64,000 nucleotides of DNA from Eledone cirrhosa. Taxonomy: Eukaryota. The notes below the pieces were generated by a model. The model was not told the origin of the DNA. It made no database searches and saw only the letters and a program-made list of their open reading frames with translations. Position numbers and translations under genes: made by a program. The DNA is taken from assembly GCA_964016885.1 (NCBI GenBank), contig OZ024747.1:93372001-93436000 (forward strand). Reading direction: 5' to 3'. How positions within the stretch are numbered: position 1 is the first letter of the stretch; every line of letters starts with the position of its first letter. Positions 37,522 through 52,400 of this stretch are shown piece after piece.

Positions 37522-40500
37522 CAGCGGTGGCAGTGATGATGACGATGATGATGATATCTTTTATTGGACACAAGAGCCCAAGACCAGTAAATAGTATCAG
37601 TAATGTCTGTATTGTCCGATTTGACGAGTTCCACCCCAATTGGTATGCAAATGAGGTCAAGAATCTTGTCAATCAATTAAACATAGTCACAAAACCATAA
37701 ATTTAAAGGTGTGTATTAGTTGATTAAGCCAAGCCCAGTACTTGACTGATTTAAATGAAGAATGTAAAAGGACAGGCATGAATACCACAACACCTATTTT
37801 TAATGTTTTATCAATTCTGCATAAATGATGATAATAATGATAATAATAATGGTTTCTAATTTAGGCACAAGGCCAGCAATTATCCCAGTACATTACTGCT
37901 ACTTTATTTTATTGACCTCGTAAGGATAAAAGGCAAAGTTAACCTCAGCAGGATTTGAACTCAGACAGTAAAGGGCCGTAAATCTATGCTGCAAAGCATG
38001 GCATCCGACCCTCTACCGATACCGCCAATCCATCGCAAAAATAATGGTTTCTAATTTAGGTACATGGCCAGCAATTTGGGGGTGAGGGAAGGTTGAGTTG
38101 ATTATATGAATCCCGATATTTGACTGGTACTTTATTTTACTGACCCCCAGAAGGATGAGAGTGAGAGGCAAAGTTGACTCGAGTGGGATTCAACTTTGGA
38201 CACCAGTCCACCACAGTGTTAACCCCCAGCTACTACTGGTACTCTTTATGCTAGATGAATGGACTGTTGTAACATGAAATAAAGTATCTTGTTCAGGGAC
38301 ACAATGTGCTACTTGGTTCAGGAATTGAGACCAACACTCTAACCACTAAGTCATGCACACTCTAATAATAAAAATAATGATGATGAAGTTGTAATAATGC
38401 AATGTGTTTTGTTTTATAAATTGAAATTTAGATTAAAATGAAATTAATTTTTAGTATTTGCTACTCGAGTCAAAGTTTATGGTAATAAGGGTCTGTTAGC
38501 CTAGCCTAAATAGGTCAAGTAGCTCGCTGACACAGGCAAGGGAAGTGATTTGATGTGTAAATATAGCTCCATTAAGCTCTCAAGTGGATGTTCACAGTGA
38601 TGCTAGCTGTGTGTGATGTATAGAGATGGCATACCCTGTATATGTCATGACCCAGCAGTAGAAGCAATTAGTGGAAAATAGTTGAGTGTCTTGCTTAACA
38701 TTAAGCTTACTACCTTATTATACTAACTATTACTGTGCCTAAACCAGAAATCATTATTAGCATAGCTGAGGGTGATGGATTGGTGGTATCTGTAGAACAT
38801 TAGAAACACTACTTTACACCATTTAGTTACAACTTTCTACATTTTGAGTTCAAATCTCGCCGAGGTCCACCTTGCTTTTCTTCCATTAGGGGTTGATATA
38901 ATTGACTTTCCCCTGCCCGCAAACTGCAGGTCTTGTGCCTAAATTAGACATCTTTATTAGCCTAACTGGTGGATTAGCAGTATTAGTTGAGCATTGAATA
39001 AAATTTAGTTATGATTTTCTATTTTCTTCAGTTCAAATCCTGCTGAGGTTAACTTTGCCTTTTATCCTTCTGGAGTTGATAAAATAAAGTACCAGTATGA
39101 AAACTGATTCAATTGCTGGCCTTGTGTCTAAATTAGAAATCATTATTAACCTAACTCTTTCATTACCATATTTCTAATGAAAAACACAGTCTATGATTTT
39201 CAAATAATCAAGAATTTGAAGGTAATTAGTAAAATAATGAATTTTCTATTATTTAGCTGGTGTCTGGAATATAATGCAACAAAGATTCCAACATAATATT
39301 ATGATGGAAGGTTTTTAGATAAATATAAATATTTTAATATAAACAACTTTGTTTATATCAGTGATAATCCCAATTTTCAAAAAGAGAGACAAGAGAGATT
39401 CTTGTTAAGCCTCCCTAGTAAAGTCTATGCTAAGTGTCTGGCAAACAGATGTAGGGATATTGTCAAGTCCAAGCTAGCTAACAAACAGTGCAGTTTTCGC
39501 TCCAGACACAGCACAGCTAACCAAATATTTATACTGTGGCAGGTCTTCAAGAAATTGTGGGAGTGTTGCCAAGAGGTGTATGCTTATTGTATAGACCTTG
39601 TAAAGTCATATGACCATGTTCCACAGGATTTGCTGTGGAAGGTTTTGCAGGAGTATGGGATTGATGGACAGTTTGTTGCTTGATGTATTTGTGTTCAGAG
39701 AAATGGTGCTAAGTCAAAACCATTTAATGTGGATGTTGGACTCCAACAAGGGTGCATACTGTCACTTCACCTGTTCATAATCTTCATTAACAGGATTAAC
39801 ATGTGCATCCAGGTTGGAAGTGGTATCAAGACAGGCAGGTGTAATATCAGTTGGCTGGAATTTACAGACAACATGGTGTTGCTTAACTACTTGGAAGTTT
39901 ATCTCTAACATACACTGGATATGTTTGCTGCAAAGACTGAGGCACTTGTCCTCTCAAGGAAGCCTGTGAAGTGCACTCTGCATATGAGTGGAGTTCCATT
40001 GGACAAAATTTCTTGGAGTATTTGTTCTGGTTCTTTACATTCTGAATTCAAATCCCACTGAGGTTAACTGTGCCTTTCATCTTCCCAGGGTTAATAAAAT
40101 ACCAGTCAAGTACTAAGATCAATCTAATCTACTTGTATGTAAAGTGGTCATCTAGGTGCTTTTTGTCGTGACACCTGCACTACCACTTTACAGTGTGGAC
40201 TGGGTGCTTTTTGTCGTGTCTCCCTCACAACCACTTTGCAGTGTGGGCTGGAGGCTTCACTAGATGTATGATTCTGCCTGTCCTCATGGGAGATGTATGG
40301 GAGAGTGGGGTGGGGCGTGCATTAATATTTAGTTCAGCTGACACTAAGATGAATTGCTGTTGTTTTGAAGTTATGTCCTATACACACACACATTTATATA
40401 TAAAAAATATACATACATATATGTATGCATAAAATATAATATTACCTTGTGGCCATCTACTGTCCAATGGGAGTGACACAGAATTTGACGAGGAAGTTTC

Positions 40501-43500
40501 ATATTAGCAGCAAGTAAAAATGCTGGCCAGAATACAGCATGAAATCTGGAAATAAGAGAAATATAGCGAAGTGGTTAAAAAGTTTCTTTTACAATTGTGA
40601 GGATCTAGGTTCAATCCCAATGCATGTCATCTTTGGCAAATGTCTTATACTATAACCATGGCTTAACCCTTTAGCATTTACATTATTCTATATTTACCAT
40701 TGTATTTTCACGGTAAACACTTTATTTCACATAATTATCTGGCATAATATTGAATTTACAAGATTTTGATATTATTTATTTTGAGAACAATACCTGAGCA
40801 TAAGTATGAGTGGCTGGTTACAGCTAGTTTGAACAGAAAAATGTGAGAGAATTCTGGCCGAATACAGCCAGTTTAAATGCTAAAGGGTTAACCCAAGCCT
40901 TGTGAGTAAAGTTAAGTAGAGAGAAACTATGGAAGCTAGGAAAATGGACTGGGTATGTAATTTGAAGGACCAACATTGTCACACCATGTGATGTTGACTG
41001 ATAATTATGGTAAGGGTTTATTGGTACATGTGTCTATGGAATACTCAACCACTTACACTATAATTCACTGAACAGGTAGCTCAGTTGATTAAACCTTAGC
41101 ATTTACATTACACTATATATATACTATTGTATTTTCATAGTAAAGGCTTTACCTCACATAATATCAAAGCTATGAGATTTTGATGTTATTTATTTTGAGA
41201 ACAATACCTTAACATGAGTATGAGCAGCTGATTATGGCTGGTTTGAACTGAAAGGAGTGAGAGAGTTCTGGCCGGATATGGCTGGTTTAAATGCTAAAGT
41301 TTTAAACAGCTGAAATATTCATCAAAACCAAAGGAGGATTCATAGAACCTATCACCCTCTCTCCTTTTCTTTCATGGCCTCATAGTCTTTGCTTTTACCC
41401 TCTTTTCCCTCACATGTCATTTATAGCCATTTCCCCTACTGTCAGATCTGTCCTTCTTTACCCCTTCCCCTCTGTTTGTTGCTTGGTTTTGTTTTTATCT
41501 CTTTTTTCCTTTTCTTTCATATTTCCATCAATATTTGCATTATTATTTATATAACTGTCAATTCATTTATTGTCTGTAATTTTATGGAATAAATCTTTAA
41601 AAAAATGAAATTTATATTGAATTTGTAATAATCAAAACTGAAAATATAAAGTAAGGAGTGGAAACAGGGAACTGGAAATGTCTCTTTACATTCTAAGTTC
41701 AAATCCCGCCGAGGTTAACTTTGCCTTTCATCCTTACGAGGTCGATAAAATGAAGTACCAGTCACGTACTGGGGTCGATTTAATCGACTTTCCCCTCCCC
41801 AAAATTGCTGGCCTTGTGCCTATATAAGAAATCATTATTAGTAGTAGTAGTAGTGGCAGTGTTGTTGGTGGTGAAGGTAGTGTTAAGGGAATGATGTAGG
41901 GATGATTGTAGTTTATCAGTTAGTCAAAAGAGAAGCAAATTTCATGACTTTTGTACTTCATCTCATGTTGCTCCAGTACACTCAGCTGAAACTAAATACC
42001 AGTAATAATGGCCATCTCAACCACTACCAACAACAACAACATGACAAAGACAACCATCATAAACTGCTGCCACCACCACTATCACTACCACCACCACTGA
42101 CCACCAACACCATTACCACCACCACCACTGACTACCACCACCACCACAAGATGAACCTCTAACCCAGTTTATTGACATATATAAATGAGACTTACTTCAG
42201 GATTTCTTTGCCCACCACATGACAGTCAGGTGGCCAGTTGTTGTGTATGTTTGGGTAGCCAGTTACTGTGAGGTAATTCACCAGTGCATCAAGCCAAACA
42301 TATATCTAAGGTGAGACAGAGAGAAGTAATATCCCAGCATTAGAGATATAGAGAAGAATATAACAACAACAATAAATATATAATGTATGGAAGACCATAA
42401 TAAAAAAAAAACACTTTTCAGGCACTTCTACTTACTTTTTTACATCAGCAGAGATACTTTACTCGTTTTTTCCAACTATTATTTATAGTGGTCAGCCATT
42501 ACCATATTACAGATACTAACCTGCTACAGTTGCAGCTCAAACTGAACATAAAGCATATTTAAATGAACTCTATCTGTTGGTCAAGGAGAAACTTGGAGAA
42601 AACACTATGGCTACCGTCCTTTCACCAATAAATTAAAGATAAATATCTCTTGTTGTGGTTGCATAGCCCCAATTAGTCTTGATTCAGTAGACCCATGATC
42701 AAAGGTTTTCCAGTCATAACCATCATGTCTTTTATTTCAGGTTTTAATATATCTAAGACTACATAATCCAGTGTGCTATTCCCTTTTTTTAAGGTAAGTC
42801 ATGATTTGAAGGAGATTTGGCTACTATTTCTAGCTTGTTGACCAGCTATATAGAGATCCCTTCATTGGCATGAAATAAATCAGAAAGTTCTGTTGTTAAG
42901 TAAAGGCTTCTAACACATTAGTTAGAGCTTGCAGTAGAAATTACTTACGGTCTGTGACTCATCATCTGGTACAGCAATACCCCATGAGAGTCTGTCCCTT
43001 CTTCGTGAAACAGAAATATCAGGAAGACTGGGAAGGTAACTTCTAGCTAATGGCTGCCATACAGGAGGTTGTATAACTGAAGAAGAAACATTTAAAAATA
43101 GACCATATCATAATAGTAGAGAGCAGAGGTTCCCAAAGTTTTTTACTAACAACACACTTTAGAACAGTGATTTCCAAAAGTGGGGTGTATGCTCCACAAA
43201 GGGGAAAGTTGTATATTTAAAGGGGGGGTCATTGGAAAAGGATGTTATTACGAACAAACTTTTACATACATTACTGTCAGAAACTCCTGTCTCACCTCCT
43301 CCACACATGTTATTGTATATGCTAATTTGTTTACAATTTGCAGTTAATTATCGCTGTTTGCATATCAAGGGAGGGGGAGACATAATTTTTGAGATGCAGG
43401 GGTGAGGCATGGTTTACAAAAGGTTAGGAATCACTGCTTCAGAACAAGTAAAACTATTTTGGCTCACTTTATAGTTAAATTCAAAGATTTCTACAAAAGA

Positions 43501-44260
43501 AGTATTTATACATATAAGGAAGGAAGTGAGCAGAGATGTTAGGGTCTCAAATGCCTTGGTATTTGTTCTGGTTCATTGCATTTTGAGTTCAACTTTCCCT
43601 TTTGTCCTTTCAAAATTGATAAATAAAGTACCAGTCCAATACTAGGGTTGATTCTTCCCCTACCTCTATCTCTTTCTGGAAGAAATTTTCTGTGTTCCAA
43701 CTTGGAGACGGATGTGTTCCACTAGATTTAATATTCCCAAGATATGCCCTGTGTCAGGACAATGTTACTATGACCCCACAGGGAGTTAAGGGTCCTAAAA
43801 GAAATAGATATTATCATAGCATAAAGTAGAAATATAGATTCTCAAAAATACAGAAAAATGATTTGTACTTCTTTCTTTAGTCAATAAATGGAGCAAAGTT
43901 ATCAATGAGAAACATGCACTTGGTGTTTTTGGCATTATACACACACACACATATATCTATATATATATATATATCATTATCATCACCGTTTTACGTCCGT
44001 TCTTCCACGCTAGCATGGGTTAGACGGGTTGTCCTGCTGTGGGCAGTGTCCGGTTGGCTGACCTTGTCTTGCTCATACGGGAACTGATTCTTGCTTGATT
44101 TCTACAGCTGGATGCCCTTCCTAACACCAACCTCATTTACAGTGAGTGCTGGGTGCATTTTTTCCGTGGCGCCTACACATCCACTTTACAGTGTGGGTTG
44201 GGTGCTTTTTTGCCGTGGCACCTCTATGACCACTTTGCAGTGGGAGGGGTGGGGGCATAT

Positions 44261-44310
<50 letters not shown>

Positions 44311-46418
44311 TGTGTTTTGTTAATTCATTTTCAACTATATATATTATATATATATATATATTGACATTGTTAAATCCATAGGCATTAATTTGAAGATTGC
44401 AAAGAGAATAATTTTAGACTACATATAGACAGGAAACTGAGAAGCATTACCTAAAGATGAAATATGAATGTTGATGAATGTTTCACAGAAAAAGACAACA
44501 TAGAAGACTTACATTGTGTATTTAGTAATTCTGTTAGTTCAGGTTTCAATTTTGATAACTTAAACATGTAGTTCTCTTCCTCCATCCAACTTACTTTGTT
44601 ACCTGTTTCTGCACACACCTGATGATAACCAAGAGAAAAAAAGGAAATAATGAGGAGAGTGGAATCTACATATGTGCAGACACTACATGACTGCACAACA
44701 GATATGGAGTATAGATACTGGAGTATCAGATATGGAGTATGGACTGAGAATATTGTATCATGAAGAGCAATAAGTTTCATGGGGCCTAGATTGGAGTCCA
44801 CAGATGTTAAAGAAGAGGTGAAGAAACTGTCAAATGAATTTAGTTTTAGCATCTAAAGAATTTAGAAGTTAACAATGTATTATAAAGTCATGATAACTCT
44901 CTGCCAGAAGCTTGGTCTGAAAGCTTGAAACAGTGAAGTCTGTTAAAAGCACCATGGCCCAGGTGGTGGTGTTAACCGTTTAGCATTTACATTACTCATC
45001 AGTAGGAGTGACAAGTTATGGCTAGTTTAAACAGAAAGAGGTGAGAGAATTTTGGCCAGATACGGCCAGTTTAAATGCTAAAGGGTTAAACTTACAATAC
45101 ATGAACTGGTAGTTATGTTACTTTTTGTATTGCTTGAGATAGAGAGATGGACTCTGTCGGGCTGTATTTGCCCAATATCACTACAGAGCAGCACCCAATG
45201 ACCCTGTGGGGTCAAAGGAAAAGTGAAGTGAAACAGTCAACATCTAATTTTACTAGCGTCTTCCTATTCTGGTAAAAACAAACAAAAAAGATCTGCTATT
45301 TTTACTCTACATACTTCAGTTACAACTTAAGAAGTTTCAAAGAAACTAACACAATACTTTTAGCCAGGAATGTGGAACAAAGAATTTGAAAGATCCCTGA
45401 GTTTAAAAATGCAATGGTGTTAATTCTAAAATAAAGATTTTTAGAACAATATGAATAGATCCTTACCTTTATTAAGCTGTTGTTTTCAGTCTTGATCTCG
45501 TCAACATTGTTTTCGGGGACAAACATTTCATCCAGTGTAGAATACCAACCTTTGTAGACAGCTTTATAGAGGAAACCATTCTTATCAAGCGTTCTCTATA
45601 AATCATAAAGCAACACTACTTGTGTAAAGATAATTTTACACAGTAAACCATAGTTCATTTAAAATAATTAATTCTATGGAAGTAATTCATTCTCGTCTTG
45701 CTCTGACATCCCCAGATACTTTGGGAATCTGAAAGTGTTGTCTCTGGAGGTTAGGAAAAATTTTGTTGGGATGATTCAAGAACTAAGGGTGTCTGATTTA
45801 GGCACAAGGTCATCAATGTGGGAGAAGGGATAAGTCAATAACATTGACTCCTGTATTTTACCTGTACTTTTTTATTTTATCAACCCTGGAAAGATAAAAG
45901 GCAAAGTTGACCATGGCAGGATTTCAACTCAGAATGTAAAGGGCTGGAACAAATACCACATAACATTTTGTCCAACACTAATGATTCTGTTAAACCACAG
46001 TCCTCAGAAATAATGGAAAGACTTCGTACAGAAGACATTGTTGTCGTCACTATTTTCCTGCTAGCAGGAGTTGGATGGATATGGCAAACCAAGTTGGTAC
46101 TCAAAACAAACATACTGACCCCACGGTGGGCTGAGAGTCCGGATCTCACTAATGTTCCTGCAACATACTGAGTGCTTAGATGACGAAGCAAGCCACAACT
46201 CGCTTACATATGGTCTAGTGCACTATCTAGTGCATTTTATTATGATATGAGGTAAAATATACTACTTACCCATAGGTGTTGAACTGCTGATACATGTCGT
46301 TGTTCTGTTGTTCGAATAAAATCATTAAAATCTATATTTCCAACAGTGAAAGCTTCCTGGAAAAGATTATATATCATCATCATCATTGTTTAATGTCCCT
46401 CTTCTATGCTAGCATGGG

Positions 46419-46459
<41 letters not shown>

Positions 46460-49400
46460 ATCATCATTATAATCGTTTAACATCTATTTTTCCATGCTTG
46501 TATTGGTTAGACAGGTCGTCCATGTTATAATACAAGTTTGGTCAGTTAGCCATGGCGTACCTTGCTCAAATGGAACTGTATTTTGGCTGGAACTTTTAGA
46601 GCTGGATGCCTTTCCTAACACCAACCACGTTATATATATATATAATATTCCTTATTATGGTTAAGTGATGAGTCTTGTTACTCTGGAATTCCACCTGTGT
46701 AGTCACAAGACCATAAGACATGACTCAGCATTTAACTATAATAAAGAATATTATTAAACTCTACTTCAGTGTTGGGTACTCATTCTTGCACCATTCGAGT
46801 GTATATATATATTTCTAGTAGGTCAATCGAAACACAACCGGGCTTGATTTACTTATTGTTGAGCATTTAGAAATGAATACAACCTTGCCCTGGTACATTT
46901 TCACCCAAAATGCATTCTGAACATCCCATCAGAGTTGTCTCCCTTGTATACATTAGCTAATGTTTGTTATATTTTAAATAATTGTTTCTACTTTAGGCAC
47001 AAGGCCAGCAATTATCCAGTGCATTACTGGTACTTTATTTTATCGACCCCGTAAGGATGAAAGGCAAAGTCAACCTCGGCGGGATTTGAACTCAGATCGT
47101 AAAGGGACGTAACTATGCTGGAAAGCATGGCGTCTGACTCTCTACCGATACTGCCAATCCACCGTGTGTTAGACACATGGAAATCGAAAAGGTACTCAGG
47201 GTTGTTGTTGGCAACATGGTTAACAATTTTGTGGGTGTTTACCAAGTCAGTTGCCAGGCGTCGGAGCTTCAATGAATCCATGCCCAAGGAAGCAAGGCGC
47301 TCAGAGTATGGTAGATGCCTGATGGAGAGTATTCGCTTGGTTGCACGTCTCTGAACAGTTTCCAGGCGGTCAATCTCCTGAGCAAGATAGGGGTTCCAGA
47401 CTGGTGATGCAAATTCTAAGTGTGGTCGCACCATTGCTGTATACAGCCTTAAATAGATATCTGGAGAGCGGCTGACAAAGGTCTTGCTGAGTGATGCTAA
47501 GACACCCTCGGCCCTCTTGACAATTTTAGAGACGTGCCTCGTCCAACGCAAATCGCTGCTGACCGTAATGCCCAGTCCACGTTCACAGGAAGACTTCTTG
47601 ATATTAGTGCTGTGGAGGGAGTATGTGGACGCTGGGTTTTTACTCCCAAAATGCATGGTGGTGCACTTGTTCACAGCTAGCTTGAGTTGCCAGTCTGAGA
47701 TCCACTGTTGCATTGTGTCCAGGTCAGACTGCAAGCAAGATCTATAGTGTTCAGGATCTGTCCTTTTTATCTCAAGGTACAGCTTGATGTCGTCTGCGTA
47801 CTTTAGTACTGTGGCATGCCTTAAGTTGGCATCTATGTCATTAATATATGCCACAAACAAAAGGGGGCCAAGAACAGATCCCTGTGGTACACCAGATGAC
47901 ATCTCATATGGTGAGGAATGCTGTCCCAGAACCGTGACTACCTCTCTTCGACTGAGAATGAAGGACTTCAACCAGTTAAAAAGATCATCCTTCACACCCA
48001 TTGCAGAGAGTTTTGCCATAAGCCTTTTGTGTGGCACAGAATTGAAGGCCTTCGCAAAGTCAAGGTAAACAACATCCACCCATGAGCCGCCATCAGTGAT
48101 CCGGGTGATGTCCTCAAGAAACTCTATAAGTTGATCACAGCAGCTGGAGTTGGGGATAAATCCAAATTGCGAGGGCCGGATAAGACTGTGAGAGCTCCAG
48201 AAGTTCCAAAGTGTTTCTCTGACACAGGATTCCATCAGTTTGGCGATGCAACTAGTAAGACTGACTGGACGATAGTTCACAGGTGATGTGCAGTCACCCT
48301 TTTTGAACAGAGGAATGACACTGGCAGTTTTCCACTGTTCTGGAGTAGCACTGTTGTTCAGACAGAATTGGAAGAAGCGTGATAACTGGTGTAGAAGGAA
48401 GTACCCATCAGGTTTAAGAAGCAGGTACGTAACACCATCAAGACCAGGAGAGGCGTGGTTGCGTTTTTTTAGGTGACGTCGCAGCATTGCAGGTGTAAAT
48501 TCCATGGTTGTAATAGAGTCCGGTGTCATAGGTGGTGGAGATGGTACACTCTGGTCTTCAATAGTGAAAATGCCTGCATAACATTCAGCAATGAGCTCTG
48601 CGCATTCCTTGGGGTCGTCAGTAACCTGGCTTGTGTGGGGATTGCGAAGAGGACCAACTGGAGAGTGAGGCCTCTGCTTTGAGTGAACATACTTCCAGAA
48701 CACCTTACTGTCAGGGCTGGTTGCTATGCGCTGCTCAAATTGAAGCACTGCCTTTTTTGCCACCTGTTTGAGGTGGTTGGACGATCTATTTCGCCTCTTC
48801 CTATTAATGTCTGATTTGTGAAGTTTGTACTCACGTTCAGCATTGCGCCGTTCTTTTCTGGCAAGACGGTCTGCTGCATTCTAAATCCCTTCTGTTACAT
48901 TCTAAATCCCTTCACTGTCATACCTGCTATACTTGTGCAGTCAATAGACTTGTAGATCGTATTTAGCATGTTTAAAACCTTTGCAGGTTTTTCCGTGTGT
49001 TCAACGCTTTCATTCCTAAACAATATCACATTTCTGACAATGGAAAATACAAGAGAATACTTACTTTAAAGAGTTTTGAATTTTCTAATGTATAATCTGC
49101 TGGTGGTTTTTTAGCATTATTAGCTGCTAATTGAATCTGTTAAATAATAATAATTTCTTTATTAGCCACAAAGGGCTGACATGAAGAAAACATTAAAGTT
49201 GGCACAAGACGATACAATCTGGGGTTTTCCATCTAAAAAAGGTGATAACAGAATGTAAAGTAAAATAACAAACATGTTAAATAAAAAGGAAAAAAAATCC
49301 CCAAAAGTGGGGAGATTTCCAAAAGTCACTCGTGGAGAAAGCCCACAAAATTCACTCAGACCATGCCCCTCAGTAGCACAGACAGACCAGTGATTTCTGG

Positions 49401-52400
49401 AATTTATCCTTACACACTGAGCTGAAAGTTGCCTGGAATAGAATATTTTGTTAATCTATGTCGATGCCTAGAACTCCCCAAGAATATCATCACTTTTGCA
49501 TACCGTTTTTAGTAATTTATAAAAGATCAGGGGTTGGCATACCTTTGCCCTACTGAGAGTATGACAAAATTTCAAATGTCAGGTGATGAAATTCAGTCAT
49601 ATCAAAGAGAAGAGCTGCAGGGAAACCATATCTCACAAGCAGTAAACACACCTCATCACTGAGAAAAGGTGTGACCACATCCTTAATGCATGCCTGCACA
49701 TCATCAGCCATGTCATATAGAGCCCGCAGGGTGAAAACCAGGGCAAACCAAGTGATAATAAATATAGGTGACACATGTACTTGCCACCACTTCTTGATCA
49801 TTCATGGATAGCTTCCTCTCAGCCTATTTCTAGGTAAAACTGGTCATCCTGCTCATAACTGCTGGCACTGAGAATTATGCAGGTTTGCATGCTCCTGACC
49901 ATACTACCCATAACAAGTACCAAGTATCTTCAACAAAATCTTAAGCAGTGGTTATTCTAATATACAGGTGACCCCTTCTTATGTAGTTCTAAATCTAATT
50001 TTGTGCAGCAAGTTTTCACTTTGAGTGAAATATTACATGTGGTGCTTACATGGTAAATGATGGTTAAAAGACTTTAAAAACTCACAAAATGTTAAAAATA
50101 GCCATTACAAATATTCCTCGGATTCAGAGAATATCAAACACCGGGTCATAGCACCTGCCTCAAAGATTGGTGCAGTTCTAAAATTTACTTCACATAAACC
50201 CTGATCTTAAACAATGTTTAATAGAGTTATGAGTCAGAAAAAACGTCTCACGTTTTTGTGTCCTCCCACAGCAGCACCACCACTGGTCAGTTAACACAGC
50301 TGGGAAATTTCCTGTCTTTGGCCAGTTGTAGTAAAAGAGGGACAGAAAAGTCTGGCATGTAATCAAAAGGTTTATAAGGCAGGCCACTCAAATCAAGCAA
50401 TTTGCCCCTTGCACAACTACTCACAATTGCTATCAGTTTTTTGGCAACACTCCACCTTTCTGTCAAGATTTATAGCAGAAGTTCAAGGCACTAAAGTCCT
50501 CCATCTCTGCACCACTACTCCGAAAACAGTTATGCAATGTGCTGCTAGGAAACTGTACACATCATCTGTCTGGAATTTAAGAGCATGTGCCCATCATAGT
50601 CTGTCAAAAACCTAATTGGGCTTTTGTTACCACCTCAGTCATTGAGGAAATGCGAGTGATTGCACGCAAAAAATCTTGGTAGCCATCACACCCAAATCTG
50701 GTGATTTGTAAGTATTAGGCAAGTTCACAATCTTGCAAGTATTTCCTCCTTGCTCTCATTTTCATGCAGATATTTGGACTGGGTATTGGTCACTTCAATC
50801 TCACCAGACTGGAGGTCTACAACGGTCATGATTCTTCTTCTTTAACTACATATTCATGATGATGATGACAGTAAGGGTCACAGAGGCTGAGCCCTCAGGC
50901 AGACCTTCCAGGTGGTCCTATCAGAAGCTACCATCTCCAAATGATCTGGCTGGATCCTCAAGTGAGACTAACCTGGTCATTATGATTGACTTACAAAAAT
51001 ATGTTTGTTTGATCAGGGTTTATATGGGCTAAACTATGATGTAAAAAGGAAAAAAATAAATAAAAATAAATAAACGCTGACAAAACAATTTTACAGCAGA
51101 ATGTGTCACCTTTTGTCCATGTTCATCTGTTCCTGTGGTAAATAACACTTGATGTCCCCGAAATCTCTGCCACCGAGCTATAGCATCAGATAAAACAGCA
51201 GTGTATATATGGCCGATGTGTGGAGCTGAAGATATAAAATAACAGGTTTATAACTGTTAGATTTTACTGGTTATTAAAACATGACATAACATTATATGTA
51301 TGTGCGTGTGTCTGGTAAAATATATGTTTGTGTGGTAACTACAGGTGAATTGTATGATGGAAGGAACAAAGATATAGATAAAGGCCCAATAACCACACAC
51401 AGAGAGTAAGTGATAAATTGTAATGATGTATACAGAAGACTTATAAAGCTGAACCTTGGTTCTGGACCCTGCAGCATTATTTGTCAGAAGGGGTGGCTCT
51501 TATTCCGTGGATAGGTTGTCAGTCTATTTCAGATTACATTCTCAATCTCGAGATGGAAGTATCCAGCATAGTGCTGCAGCAAAACATTTACAGCGGGCAT
51601 GAACTCACGATGCTGGAGCATGTAGTTTAACAACTTATATCTTTATACATTTGGTCATTGTTTTTACAAAACGGTTAAATATGCAGTCTTCAACAAGTTA
51701 TAAATTGAAATTGTGTCTGTATGAAACACGGTTAGGAGGCTATTACGCTACACCAGACATGGGCAATTTTTTTCGAGCAGTGGTCCGCATAAAATGTGGT
51801 TCATCATAAGGCAGGCCGCACAAGTAAAGAATTCAAGGCAATTTGGAAATTAGGCCTTCCATTCAGAAAGCCAAACGAACCGCATGTGCCTCATGAGCCG
51901 CAGGTTTCCCATGACAACACTAGACAGTCAAAGCAACATCATTGCTTTCCTCAAAGTTGTCAAGGACATTGTTGAGTGATATAGTAAACAAATCTCCGAT
52001 GTGAATAAGTTTAACTTCACAGGAGCCAAACTTACAACCACTGAAAAGAGAGAGAGAGCCTGGTTCAAGGTGATTGTTGACAACTGTTTTCATTGTCTTT
52101 GAAATATTTTAAGTAAGAGCGATAGGTCGCTAGTTTATTTGGGTGTGAGAGGCTGCCAGTTTTGTGGGGATGAGACACACTGTTATGTAGCGATAGCTTC
52201 CTGTAAAACGGATAGCCTGAAAAGGATACGCAAGAGTCCGGAATCATAACCGCCAAGAATCGTAAATGTTAGCAGTGCAAATAAAGCAAATAGTTCTAAT
52301 AAAGATTACATACCTGCATTTACGTAAAATATGGGTGTTGTAATAAAATAGGAACTGTTTTGTTGGGAATAGCAGCGAACACTTCGTAATAATAAATATG

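Noticed and set aside
47024-48763. 579-aa ORF as a domesticated host gene
   Set aside because: Nearly identical to another LINE copy in the window, truncated, starts at GTG; openness reflects recent insertion.
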